A stretch of 64,000 nt of DNA, from positions 2,208-66,207 of the forward strand of contig JBOHXL010000016.1 in NCBI GenBank assembly GCA_050736975.1, given 5' to 3'. This DNA is from Chthoniobacterales bacterium. Lineage in GTDB: Bacteria > Verrucomicrobiota > Verrucomicrobiia > Chthoniobacterales > UBA10450. The notes below the pieces were generated by a model. The model was not told where the DNA came from, made no database searches, and saw only the letters and a list, made by a program, of their open reading frames with translations. Positions 8,402-17,821 of the stretch are shown here, piece after piece. The stretch's first letter is position 1, and the number at the start of each line of letters is the position of its first letter. Both the position numbers and the translations under genes were made by a program.

Positions 8402-10809
8402 GTCGCTGCGATCTTCACCTTCATTCCAGGTTTAGCGATCGATCCGAAGATTGGATCTTTCGGCGGTTCGATTTTCCCGACAGCTACTCCGATCCGGAGG
8501 AGTTGTACGCGCGGGCGAAGGCCGCCGGGATGAACTTCGTCACCATCACCGATCACGACACGATCAAGGGTTGCCGCGCCATTTTGTATTTGCCAGATAC
8601 TTTCGTCAGCGAGCAGGTTACAACGTATTTTCCGCAGGACCCATGCAAAATTAACCTGCTCGTCTGGGGGATTTCCGAGGTCCAACACGACGAGATCGTC
8701 CGGCTGCGCGACAACATTTTCGACCTTCAAACCTTCCTGCAAAACGAGTCGATCGCCCACGCCGTCGCGCACCCGCTCTACAGCATCAACGGCAAGCTCA
8801 CCACGTCGCACCTCGAGCGGCTTATCCTGCTCTTCCAGCATTTCGAGGGCGTCAACGGCTTGCGCGACGGGCTCCTCAGCGACCTCACCCGCCACATTCT
8901 CGCGCAGCTCACGCCAGAGAAGGTCGAGGCCTTCGTGGAACGCCATCAGATTGCGCCCACTCATCCCGAGCCGTGGAAGAAAATTCTCGTCGGCGGCTCA
9001 GACGATCACGGAGGCATCTTCGTAGGTTCTGCCTTTACCGAAACGCCGCCGGCCCGCTCGCCTAACGAGTTCCTGGAACATATCCGCGCTGGAGACTGCA
9101 CCGCGCAAGGGGAAGGGGGGACGCCGCTTGCTCTTTCGCACGGTTTCTACAACACCTTCTCGCGTTTTATCCAGGATCGCTTCACCGCGAAGCTCGGGCC
9201 GAGCGCCGGCCTGGTGGAAAAAATGTTCTCGCGTTTCATGGAAGGGCTCGACCCGACCGAGTTCACCCTCAAGGAAAAGGCGGGCTTTGTCGCGCAGGGT
9301 GTTCTCTCGGGTAAAATCTTTGAGTTCGCGAAGCCGGGCAATATCTCTCTTTGGCGCGAGCTTTCCGGCTACTTTGCGCAACCGGAAGTGAAAGCCCGCC
9401 TGGCTCGCGAAGTCGCCGATGTCGCCGAGCCGGAGCGCCGCACCTTCATCATGGCCAACGCCGCCTGCGAACAGCTCGCCTTTCGCTTCTTTGAAAAATT
9501 TGTGCAGCAGCTCAACGCTGGCAACATCATCGAAAGCATCCAGGCCCTGGCCAGCATCGCCCCTATTCTGGTCGTGCTCGCGCCCTATATCTATGCCTTT
9601 CACAGTCAGGCGCCGTCGCGCCGCTGGCTACGCGAAGTCTGCCGCGATTTTACGGGGGCGATCCCGAGCGCGCTGCAAAACGAAAAGCGCGCCTGGTTTA
9701 CCGACACCCTCGAGGACGTCAACGGCGTCTCTACCACCATCCGCAAAATGGCCGCCGAAGCGCGCGATGCCGGTGAAGAGTTGGTCGTCGTTACTTCGCG
9801 CAGCGAACTCACTCTCGACGGCCTGCCGATCAAGAACTTCAAACCGATCGGCGAATTTGAGCTGCCCGAGTACGAGCTGCAAAAACTGAGCTTCCCACCC
9901 ATCCTCCAGATGCTCGATTACATTCAGCGCGAAAACTTTTCCGAAATCATCATCAGCACGCCCGGACCGATCGGCCTGACCGCTCTCCTGGCCGGCAAGA
10001 TGCTCAACCTCGAGACGAGCGGCATCTATCACACCGATTTTCCGCAATACATCCGCATCCTGACGGAGGACAGTTTCCTCGAGAGCCTGGCCTGGAAATA
10101 CATGCATTGGTTTTACGGCCAGCTCGACACCATCTTCGTTAACTCCGAACAATACCGCCAAAGCTGGATCGATCGCGGGATCGAAGCCGCGAAACTCAAG
10201 ATCCTTCCTCGCGGACTCGACACGCGCCTCTTTACTCCCGGGCGGAGCGAACCCGGTTTCTGGAGGCAATTTGGCAGCGATGGAACCGGCGTGCGTCTTT
10301 TGTTCGTTGGGCGCGTGTCCAAAGAGAAGGATCTCGACATCCTGGTCCAGGCCTTTCGCAACCTTCGCCGGGAGAATGTCCCGGTGCAGTTATCGATCGT
10401 GGGTCACGGGCCCTACTCCGCCGCGCTGGCCGAAATGATGCCTCAGGCCTGCTATACCGGTTACCTTAACGGCACCGAGCTGGCCACGGCTTACGCCTCT
10501 TCCGATATCTTCGTTTTCCCGAGTACGACCGACACCTTCGGTAACGTGATTATCGAAGCCCAGGCCGCAGGTCTGCCCGTGATTGTCTCCGACGCCGGCG
10601 GGCCAAAGGAGTTGGTCAACGATGGAGTGAGCGGCATCATTACCAAGGCCCGCGATGTCGCCGGCTTCACCGCCGCGATCCGTCGGTTGGTCGAGAACGA
10701 AGAGCTACGCAGAGAGATGAGCGCAGCCGCCCGCCGCAGCGTCGCAGACCGGAGCTGGCCCAGCGCCTTCCGGAAATTCTGGGCCGCGACGGAAATCAGT
10801 GGAACTTGA
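8398..10809 (+). CDS. fusion protein: N-terminal PHP (polymerase/histidinol phosphatase) domain, central region, C-terminal GT4-type glycosyltransferase
   Basis: 803 aa. The N-terminus (CDLHLHSRFSDRS...VTITDHDT) shows PHP metal-binding motifs. The C-terminus (FVGRVSKEKDLDIL...FVFPSTTDTFGNVIIEAQAAGLPVIVSDAGGPKE) is a classic GT1/GT4 EX7E region. Confidence 0.8.
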   Translation: MSRCDLHLHSRFSDRSEDWIFRRFDFPDSYSDPEELYARAKAAGMNFVTITDHDTIKGCRAILYLPDTFVSEQVTTYFPQDPCKINLLVWGISEVQHDEIVRLRDNIFDLQTFLQNESIAHAVAHPLYSINGKLTTSHLERLILLFQHFEGVNGLRDGLLSDLTRHILAQLTPEKVEAFVERHQIAPTHPEPWKKILVGGSDDHGGIFVGSAFTETPPARSPNEFLEHIRAGDCTAQGEGGTPLALSHGFYNTFSRFIQDRFTAKLGPSAGLVEKMFSRFMEGLDPTEFTLKEKAGFVAQGVLSGKIFEFAKPGNISLWRELSGYFAQPEVKARLAREVADVAEPERRTFIMANAACEQLAFRFFEKFVQQLNAGNIIESIQALASIAPILVVLAPYIYAFHSQAPSRRWLREVCRDFTGAIPSALQNEKRAWFTDTLEDVNGVSTTIRKMAAEARDAGEELVVVTSRSELTLDGLPIKNFKPIGEFELPEYELQKLSFPPILQMLDYIQRENFSEIIISTPGPIGLTALLAGKMLNLETSGIYHTDFPQYIRILTEDSFLESLAWKYMHWFYGQLDTIFVNSEQYRQSWIDRGIEAAKLKILPRGLDTRLFTPGRSEPGFWRQFGSDGTGVRLLFVGRVSKEKDLDILVQAFRNLRRENVPVQLSIVGHGPYSAALAEMMPQACYTGYLNGTELATAYASSDIFVFPSTTDTFGNVIIEAQAAGLPVIVSDAGGPKELVNDGVSGIITKARDVAGFTAAIRRLVENEELRREMSAAARRSVADRSWPSAFRKFWAATEISGT

Positions 10810-10838
10810 GGAGGGTGGCTGGCTTCGGTCGCAGGAGG

Positions 10839-10858
10839 CAGTGATCATTTGATCACTG
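10839..10858. terminator. perfect palindromic hairpin CAGTGATCA-TT-TGATCACTG, 30 nt downstream of the GT4 fusion gene
   Basis: Seen directly in the sequence. It sits in a convergent intergenic gap and is followed by T-containing CTTACTTCTCTC. No clean U-tract is present. Confidence 0.4.
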
Positions 10859-10922
10859 GCTTACTTCTCTCATACCGCAGTTTTGGAGTGACTTTCGAAG
10901 TACCGGCATTGTGGACTTTCTA

Positions 10923-10941
10923 GAACCCATCAGATGGGTTC
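10923..10941. terminator. perfect hairpin GAACCCAT-CAG-ATGGGTTC in the same convergent gap
   Basis: 8-bp stem and 3-nt loop seen directly. It could terminate either convergent gene or belong to a small RNA. Confidence 0.3.
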
Positions 10942-11093
10942 CAAGACCTCAGAAGAGATTCCGAAGGACGTCTTAAATGGCCTTTCTCCCTCGGTCCACC
11001 GCCACGCTCGGGACTAAAGCAGCCGCGCTATCTCTAAGGGTCTAACGTTCGACCTGAGGGCACGCCCGCTCGTCGGGAGGTTAAATGCCACTT

Positions 11094-11651
11094 TCACCGC
11101 AGCGCGATGCGGTAACGGATTGCCGGGGTCCTGCCGTATTGCGCAGGCCGAATGAATCGCTCGACCAGCACGCCACCATTGGCCTCGACGACGCGGCGCG
11201 AAGCAACATTGTCTGGATCGGTGGTGATCTCAACATAATCGAGGCCTTCGGCCCGGGCCTCCGGCAGGAGCTGACGCAGCGCTTCGGTTGCATAGCCGCG
11301 ACGCTGCTTCCACGGGACCACGGCACATCCGATGTGACCCAGAATATACGGCGGCAGCGCACTCGTGCCGATCTGCCAGCGAAAGCCAATGGACCCGCAA
11401 AACTCGCCGTCCCAGAGCCAGCGCCGATAGCCGGGTAGACGAGGGGCTTTCGATCCATCCGGCAGTGTAATGACCTCGCCAGTCGGTCTTCGAAGCACAA
11501 GCCCCGAAAGGAAGCCTTCGGGATTGGCGGCAATGGCATCGAGCTGCTCGCGCACAACCTCCGCGCCCCGACTGTTATCCGGCGACCAACCTCTTTCCAG
11601 CGCCGCGACGTAGCCGGGCAGATATTGCAACGAGGGCCAGACAAGCCTCAC
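11094..11651 (-). CDS. GNAT family N-acetyltransferase
   Basis: 185 aa. The acetyl-CoA binding segment VVPWKQRRGYATEALRQLL matches the Q/RxxGxG/A-like motif. Confidence 0.75.
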   Translation of the reverse strand: MRLVWPSLQYLPGYVAALERGWSPDNSRGAEVVREQLDAIAANPEGFLSGLVLRRPTGEVITLPDGSKAPRLPGYRRWLWDGEFCGSIGFRWQIGTSALPPYILGHIGCAVVPWKQRRGYATEALRQLLPEARAEGLDYVEITTDPDNVASRRVVEANGGVLVERFIRPAQYGRTPAIRYRIALR

Positions 11652-11795
11652 TGTAGCCGCTTCGCTGTGCGAAGCGTGGGTCTGCGCGCGGCAACCGGCA
11701 ACTGGGCAGCCGCTCTCGCGTCGCCCACAGGGCGACGGCTAGAGCACGCTGGAGTTTGCCGGACCAACGCAGTTCTCCGAGGATTCATAGCACAT
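11651..11795 (+). repeat. MITE/REP-like repeat copy B (core 11651-11744 plus shared tail)
   Basis: Starts CTGTAGCCGC, the core ends CGGCTAGAG, and it contains hairpins CGCTTCG-CTGTG-CGAAGCG and CGTCGCCC-ACA-GGGCGACG (11719-11737). The tail TTTGCCGG.CCAACGCAGTTCTCCGA..ATTCATA.CAC is shared with copy C. Confidence 0.85.
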
Positions 11796-11822
11796 CAAGT
11801 TCGTGTCATGCACTTGCGGTGG

Positions 11823-12009
11823 CTGTAACCGCTTCGGAGTGCGAAGCGTAAGTCTGCTGTAGCCGCTTCGCTGCGCGAAGCGTGGGTCCGCGCGCCGCAA
11901 CTGGCAATTGGGCGGCCGCTCTCGCGTCCGCCCACAGGGCGACGGCTACAGGACGCTATAAAAGACGGATTTTGCCGGGCCAACGCAGTTCTCCGAAAGT
12001 TCATAACAC
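11823..12009 (+). repeat. partial head (11823-11856) followed by full repeat copy C (core 11857-11951 plus tail)
   Basis: Direct tandem arrangement with copy B. Copy C runs CTGTAGCCGCTTCGCTGCGCGAAGCGTGGGTCCGCGC...CCCACAGGGCGACGGCTACAG. Confidence 0.85.
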
Positions 12010-12014
12010 GCCCC

Positions 12015-13106
12015 TTAGGGTTGCGGCTGTTGCTGGGTGACGCAGTGGATGCCGCCACCACCTTGGTCAAGGCTGGGGATGGGGATTTGTACGATCGTGC
12101 GGCCCGGAAAGGCGCCTGCGGCCACCGCTTTGGCGGCAGCGTCGGTGGCGGAGTTGCCGGTCTGGATCATCATGACCGCGCCGTTGACTGGATACATGTT
12201 GGCATAGCCGGCGTACTCGACATTCCTGGGGAGTTTGTTGTAGTCAGGGTCACCGATCCTGGTAACAGTAATAGCCTGACCTTCGGCATCGGTCGAAGCG
12301 GCCAGCACCGAGGCCTGATTGTTTTGGTCGTTAGCCCAGATGGAGGTGTCTCCCGGGAAAGGCGCTTCGACCAATGCATTGCCTGGACTATAGAAGAGGG
12401 ACGTCCCATCCACGTGGTCGTCGGTAATGTCATGACCTTTGATGCCCGTGAACCAGATATACTTGCTGGCTCCCATGGCGGCGAGAATATCAGTCTGGAG
12501 CTGGGTCTGTGTCAGGTGCGGATTGCGGTTGGGATTAACGATGTTGCTGGCAGTGGACATGAGGGTTCCGGCGCCATCGGTCGCGATCGCGCCCCCTTCC
12601 GAGACAAAGGACGCAGCGGTGAAGTCAAGGCCGAGATACGCTGCCACGTTCGCGGCGACCAGCGCGTCTTTGGCGTGGGTTTGCTTGTTACCCCAACCAT
12701 TGAAATTCATGCCGAGACAATTGATTCTGCCCGATCCGTTGATGCGGAAAATCGGTCCGGTATCCCGCATCCAACAGTCGTCGAGTGGCATGGCGATGAC
12801 AGTCACGCCCGCTCCAACCATGCTCTTAGCCTTGGAAGCGCTGGCGGGGTTGGCGATCATAAAAACCGGCTCGTAGTTCGCAATGTTATTCGCGATGTTG
12901 GCGATGTCTTTTTGCACGCCGGCCAGCAGTTTGCTTCCCCAGATGGCGGTGCTGTCGGGGAATGCCATCCAGGTGCGCGTATGCGGGCGGGTCTCGCCCG
13001 GGAAGAAGTAGCTGCCACTTTGCGAGAATGCCATTCTCGGACTTACCAAGGCCGCGGCAGAGAGCGCGATGGAGGACTTAATAAAGTGACGACGACTTGT
13101 TTTCAT
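12015..13106 (-). CDS. agmatine deiminase / peptidyl-arginine deiminase (Porphyromonas-type) family protein with Tat signal
   Basis: 363 aa with twin-arginine leader MKTSRRHFIKSSIALSAAALV and a C-terminal catalytic-Cys motif GGGGIHCVTQQQP typical of the family. Confidence 0.85.
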   Translation of the reverse strand: MKTSRRHFIKSSIALSAAALVSPRMAFSQSGSYFFPGETRPHTRTWMAFPDSTAIWGSKLLAGVQKDIANIANNIANYEPVFMIANPASASKAKSMVGAGVTVIAMPLDDCWMRDTGPIFRINGSGRINCLGMNFNGWGNKQTHAKDALVAANVAAYLGLDFTAASFVSEGGAIATDGAGTLMSTASNIVNPNRNPHLTQTQLQTDILAAMGASKYIWFTGIKGHDITDDHVDGTSLFYSPGNALVEAPFPGDTSIWANDQNNQASVLAASTDAEGQAITVTRIGDPDYNKLPRNVEYAGYANMYPVNGAVMMIQTGNSATDAAAKAVAAGAFPGRTIVQIPIPSLDQGGGGIHCVTQQQPQP

Positions 13107-13237
13107 CGTGGTAAAGAGATCGCATGGAGGCGCTCGAATTCAAACGCCTTGTTGGGAGGCGAGGATCGCCCGGGCCAGCCAGGCGATCGCCTTCGCTGAC
13201 GCTGTCGAAGCTAAACTAAGCCCGGAACAAAGGGCGC

Positions 13238-13741
13238 TTACCCTTTATCGTAGACGCCGACGCTGGTGAACTTCTTGCCATTAACATCCTTGCCATGCAC
13301 CGTAATGGTGCGGCTCTTGCCATCAGCGGAGACGACAACTCTGGCTGTGGTCGTGACTTTGCCGCCTTTCTTATTCGTCAGGTCCAGGGTATGGTCATCA
13401 ACCACCCGGTAGGAGCGACTATCTGTGGCCGGGTCGCCAATCACAGGATAGTCTTTTCCGTTGAACTTGCCCGTCCACTCGTTATGAGTCGGTTTACCGG
13501 CTGGATCGGCGCCATCGACCGTGACCATGATCTTGTTACCCAGGGTTGTGTAGATGACGGTCTGGTTCTTCGTCATGCCGGAGACAAGTTTCGACTTGGC
13601 CTCGTTCAGCTTCCACGTGCCCATTTGTTTGGAGGCGTTGTTCCGGGCGTGCGCGAGATTTGCGACCGCGAAGATAAGTAGAAACAGACCGACGGTTTTG
13701 CTGATGTTGTTGCGTGTTTGCTTTCGGATTGCTTGGTTCAT
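13238..13741 (-). CDS. small secreted beta-rich protein of unknown function
   Basis: Internal ATG gives MNQAIRKQTRNNISKTVGLFLLIFAVANLAHA (signal peptide), followed by a Lys/Thr/Gly-rich beta-strand pattern. The longer ORF extension to 14098 looks non-coding. Confidence 0.55.
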   Translation of the reverse strand: MNQAIRKQTRNNISKTVGLFLLIFAVANLAHARNNASKQMGTWKLNEAKSKLVSGMTKNQTVIYTTLGNKIMVTVDGADPAGKPTHNEWTGKFNGKDYPVIGDPATDSRSYRVVDDHTLDLTNKKGGKVTTTARVVVSADGKSRTITVHGKDVNGKKFTSVGVYDKG

Positions 13742-14291
13742 ATGAACTCTGTCTTCACCCAGTGGTTGATCGACACGTGCAGACCTGAAAGAGGAGCGGG
13801 AGCCACCGGGATAAGCTTTCCACGCCAGGTTCAGATCTCTTACCGGTGAGAGCATCCGCAAGCTAACGGGCAGAACCCGGCGGCCGACGGTCCGCACTCC
13901 ACGGTGCGGGGAGAATAATATCCGGGCATGGCTTGACCAGCAAAATCGCGACTTCTTTTGATTCGGTCGCGATCTGGGCGGGTTGGCGGGCGTCGTCCAC
14001 GGCCCAACAGGCCACTCATTTGTCGCGAACCGCTGGTGATTTTTGCCTCGGTGGCGCAGAACCACCCGCCTGGCGCTTGTGCGCCAAAATGAATTCACAA
14101 GATTGCTACGCGATAGCCATCACAATGTCACGCAGGCCACTCAGGCTGGGTGGATGGATATTGAAACCACGCGAACGGCAGTTAATTCACAGAGCAGTTT
14201 AGCATTGCGTCCGTCACTCGACTCTAGCCATCTGTCCGCGGCCAACTGGCGTCCCGGTCGAGGTGGGCGCCGGCCGGGAAGCGGAAAGGGG

Positions 14292-14753
14292 ATGAACGCC
14301 TTTTTGCGCGGGCAAGAGGAGAAACTGCTCGAGCTGCGAGCTGCAATCATGAGTGCAATGAGCGGCCGGGCGCGGGTGACGCGACTCGAGAAAATCGAGA
14401 GTTCGGTCTTTGCCACACATGACGGTGACGCGGCAAGCGATGCCTGCGACCGCGATTTTGTTTTGTCGCTCCTATCGCAGGACAGCAATGCGCTCCTCGA
14501 AATCGACGCGGCTTTGCAACGGATTGAGGCGGGAAGTTACGGCATCTGCGAAAAGTCGGGAGAGCCGATCCCGGTGGCGCGCCTCAAGGCCATTCCGTTT
14601 GCCCGTTTCACCGTGGAATGGCAGGCAAGAATCGAGGGGCGGAGGAAGCTTCTGCGCCATCCCCGGCTGTTCGCCTCACCCTTCGCGGTCGCGGACGAAG
14701 AAGAAGAAGATGATCCCGAGGGGAAGCTGGAATCAGTGACGGCCGCAGACTAA
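14292..14753 (+). CDS. DksA/TraR family regulator-like protein
   Basis: Coiled-coil N-terminus plus ALLEIDAALQRIEAGSYGICEKSGEPIPVARLKAIPFARFTVEWQ, typical of the DksA C-terminal region, and an acidic tail. Start chosen at ATG 14292. Confidence 0.7.
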   Translation: MNAFLRGQEEKLLELRAAIMSAMSGRARVTRLEKIESSVFATHDGDAASDACDRDFVLSLLSQDSNALLEIDAALQRIEAGSYGICEKSGEPIPVARLKAIPFARFTVEWQARIEGRRKLLRHPRLFASPFAVADEEEEDDPEGKLESVTAAD

Positions 14754-15236
14754 CGAATAAAGGGGGCCGTTCGGATTGAGCAACTCAGTCTTGTGCTGAG
14801 AGACGGCCAGATAGACCTGAAGACCCCAGAGCAGGACGACGCCGGCGGCGAAAACAATTCCACGAGCCCGGGTGAGGCGCGGGCGCGGCAGATGGGTGAG
14901 GAAGTTGCGGCCGAAAAGAAGCTCGAGGGCGTTGCAGAAGAGGAGGGCGAGCGCTCCGGCGAGGAACGGGTAGGAGAGCCAGTTGAAATAAAGGGCGCGT
15001 CCAAATTCACCGCGCAGGAGATGATGCAAGGCGCGAGTGGTGCCGCAGAAGATGCAGGGCAGGCCGGTGATTGCGCCGCAGGAAGTGGCGAAGGGAAACC
15101 ATTTCGGCGGCGCACCTGGCTCGACCCAGGCGAGCGCGATGAGCGCGGCCGGCAGCAAGGCAATGTTAAGAACGCGCCAGTGTTTTTCGAACGCAGCCAG
15201 GGGCGGTCCAAATCTCTCGGAAAGCAAACCCTTCAT
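14733..15236 (-). CDS. DUF2752 family membrane protein
   Basis: 167 aa with the CGAITGLPCIFCGTTRAL motif and multiple TM helices. Confidence 0.7.
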   Translation of the reverse strand: MKGLLSERFGPPLAAFEKHWRVLNIALLPAALIALAWVEPGAPPKWFPFATSCGAITGLPCIFCGTTRALHHLLRGEFGRALYFNWLSYPFLAGALALLFCNALELLFGRNFLTHLPRPRLTRARGIVFAAGVVLLWGLQVYLAVSQHKTELLNPNGPLYSLVCGRH

Positions 15237-16189
15237 ACGGGTGGTGGAGTTTCCTGGACCGGTGGGATAGGCGGAGCCGTTGGGGGCGGCAGTGATTCGG
15301 CTGGCCTAACGACCGCCCAGACATCGTAGGGATCGCCAAACTGTCGCAAAAAACAGAGCGGGAAAGCGTAGAGCACCATCACCACCGGCAGGAGAATGAC
15401 GGTGCCGATATAGGGCAGAACCGCGATGCAACAGGTGACGCAGGCGGCGAGGCAGCCGATCATCGCGGCCGCGACAAGAATCACAAGGTAGAAAAGACCG
15501 AAAAGAATGAAGACGCCCGGACTGGCCAAAATCAACTGCCAGATGGCAAGGAACGCGTCCACTGCGGTGCAGCGTTGACGATACATGACCGGCACCGCCA
15601 ATTTCATGATGAGCGCGACGAGCAACGCCACGAGAGCGAAGCCAACGCCAAAAAGAATGATGAGAGCCAACGGCACGATCGTGTGCCCGAGATAGGAACC
15701 GAGGAAGTAGATCACGACCAGGCCGCCGAAAATCAGCATGCTGCAAAGCGAGATCACGATCTGGAAAATGAAGTAACGATTTCCTTCGACCCGATATTCC
15801 CGCCACGGTTCGGCGATCGCGCCGCGATTGCGCACGATGCAATCGGTAAACATGAAACGGCCGCGCGAGTTTAACCAGAGGAGAAGCGCGAGAAAGGCGA
15901 GGAAAAACAGCGCCCCGGCGACGATTACTGGCACGACCCACGGCGCCGCGTGCTGCAGGTTGAAGCGCGGGCCAACGTAATCCGATTTCCAATGCCAGTT
16001 CCAATCGTGGTTGCCCCAGCCGCGATTGTAGTTGAAGCCGCCGCCACTGAAGAAGGTGGCGAGCCAGGCGGCGAACCCGATTACAAACCACTTCGCGAGA
16101 TCGAAGGGTTGGAAGAGAATTTTCTTCGTCAGTTCAAACGCTTCGCCAAAAGGGGCAAAGATTTCGATGCGCAGTTGGCTTGGGTCCAT
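15233..16189 (-). CDS. polytopic membrane protein with proline-rich C-terminal tail, unknown function
   Basis: 318 aa with at least 5 hydrophobic helices and a 4-nt start/stop overlap with the downstream DUF2752 gene. Tail reads PAESLPPPTAPPIPPVQETPPPV. Confidence 0.65.
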   Translation of the reverse strand: MDPSQLRIEIFAPFGEAFELTKKILFQPFDLAKWFVIGFAAWLATFFSGGGFNYNRGWGNHDWNWHWKSDYVGPRFNLQHAAPWVVPVIVAGALFFLAFLALLLWLNSRGRFMFTDCIVRNRGAIAEPWREYRVEGNRYFIFQIVISLCSMLIFGGLVVIYFLGSYLGHTIVPLALIILFGVGFALVALLVALIMKLAVPVMYRQRCTAVDAFLAIWQLILASPGVFILFGLFYLVILVAAAMIGCLAACVTCCIAVLPYIGTVILLPVVMVLYAFPLCFLRQFGDPYDVWAVVRPAESLPPPTAPPIPPVQETPPPV

Positions 16190-16325
16190 GCGGAAATTTC
16201 AAGCAGTTTTTCGAAATCGAAGCAAGTCCCGAAGAGCGCGCCGGGTCCAAAAAGTGTAAAGACGCGCGTGTCACCCGTGGCTCCGCCTGCTTGACGGAGG
16301 TGAGCGCGCATTGGAGCATCTCGCG

Positions 16326-17528
16326 ATGGCAACCGTAGCGAGGACTTCACCGGCTTTCGCCTTTCGCAAGACGACGGAAACTTTCATCGCCGGCGCGAAG
16401 ACTTTAGCGCAACGCTACTTTATCTCAGCCGAGGTTTTTGCCGAGGAAAAGAGGAAGATCTTCGCGCGGACATGGATCTGTGTTGGACACCAGAGCCAGA
16501 ACGCCGATGGTGGTGATTACTTTGTGCAGGAGGTGGCGGGCGAGAGCCTTATCATCCTGCGCGACAAGAGCGGTGAGACGCGCGCCTTCTACAATGTCTG
16601 CCGCCATCGCGGGACGCGTTTGTGCGAAGAATCAAGTGGACATGGCGCGGCGATCCAATGTCCTTATCACGCCTGGACCTATGGGCTCGATGGGCGCCTG
16701 ATCGGCGCGCCGCACATGGACGACGTGCCTGGCTTTGAGAAGAGCGATTATCCCTTGCATCCTGTGAAGGTGGCGCAATGGGAGGGTTTTATTTTCGTTA
16801 GTCTGGCGGATGAGCCGGCGCCGCTGGAAGAGGTCTTCTCGCCTCTGACCGGGAAATTCACGCACTGGAATCTGCCACGGTTACGCGCCGTGCGACGAAT
16901 TGAATACGATGTGCACGCTAACTGGAAGCTCATCTTCCAGAATTACTCGGAGTGTTATCACTGTCCCGGGGTGCATCCGGCCTTATCCAAGGTGTCACCG
17001 TACGATTCGGCGGAGAACGATCTTTCTGAAGGACCTTTTCTCGGGGGGTTCATGACTATTGCCAAGGGTAAGAGCCTGACGATGAGCGGAGAGGCCTGCG
17101 CGCGGCCGGTCGGCGAGGTAAAAGGCGAAGGTGACGCCCGCGTTTTTTATTACTCAATTTTTCCGAACATGCTGCTGAGTCTCCATCCGGATTATGTCAT
17201 GGTTCATTTGATCTGGCCGATGTCGCCGGATCGGACACGCATTGTTTGTCATTGGTACTTTCATCCGCACGCGCCCGGAGTAGGCGCCCCTTGCTACAAC
17301 CCGGATGACGCGGTTGCGTTTTGGGATATGACGAACAAGCAGGATTGGCATGTCTGTGAGTTAAGCCAGCAGGGAATTGCTTCGCGCGCTTATCAACCGG
17401 GGCCCTACTCGCCGCGCGAGAGTATTCCCGCAGCCTGGGATCGGGAATACCTTCGCTTCATGGGAATCGAAGGTCGTGATTCGTCAATCGTTGAATCGGA
17501 GGATTCGACCTCGTCGCATGCCGGTTAG
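16326..17528 (+). CDS. Rieske [2Fe-2S] aromatic ring-hydroxylating oxygenase, alpha subunit-like
   Basis: Rieske motif CRHRGTRLC...CPYHAWTY and mononuclear iron region ([13 protein letters not shown]). A TTG at 16311 is an alternative start. Confidence 0.85.
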   Translation: MATVARTSPAFAFRKTTETFIAGAKTLAQRYFISAEVFAEEKRKIFARTWICVGHQSQNADGGDYFVQEVAGESLIILRDKSGETRAFYNVCRHRGTRLCEESSGHGAAIQCPYHAWTYGLDGRLIGAPHMDDVPGFEKSDYPLHPVKVAQWEGFIFVSLADEPAPLEEVFSPLTGKFTHWNLPRLRAVRRIEYDVHANWKLIFQNYSECYHCPGVHPALSKVSPYDSAENDLSEGPFLGGFMTIAKGKSLTMSGEACARPVGEVKGEGDARVFYYSIFPNMLLSLHPDYVMVHLIWPMSPDRTRIVCHWYFHPHAPGVGAPCYNPDDAVAFWDMTNKQDWHVCELSQQGIASRAYQPGPYSPRESIPAAWDREYLRFMGIEGRDSSIVESEDSTSSHAG

Positions 17529-17821
17529 CCGCCGGCCATCGCCCCGACAATGAAGAAAGGTTCGGCGCCCGTCGCAACCAGGTCGGGAAGGGGAGTGTCG
17601 GGTGACTCGTGGGAGAGATCCTCGGAGCAGGCAAAGAACCTGACGAGCGCACGGCGCTTCTGTGTTGCCTGATCACGGACAGTCCCGCGCAAGGTTGGGT
17701 AGAGCGCCTCAAGAGCGTCGAGGATGGCGCGCTGCGTAACCGCCCCGTGAACCTCCAACTGCACTTCATCGTTGACCCCAGCCAGAGTGCGAAGATGGGC
17801 CGGCAGCACCACGCGGATCAT
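17525..17821 (-). CDS. MoaD/ThiS-family ubiquitin-like beta-grasp protein ending in Gly-Gly
   Basis: 98 aa: [15 protein letters not shown]...[10 protein letters not shown]. The start overlaps the stop of the upstream gene by 4 nt. Confidence 0.75.
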   Translation of the reverse strand: MIRVVLPAHLRTLAGVNDEVQLEVHGAVTQRAILDALEALYPTLRGTVRDQATQKRRALVRFFACSEDLSHESPDTPLPDLVATGAEPFFIVGAMAGG

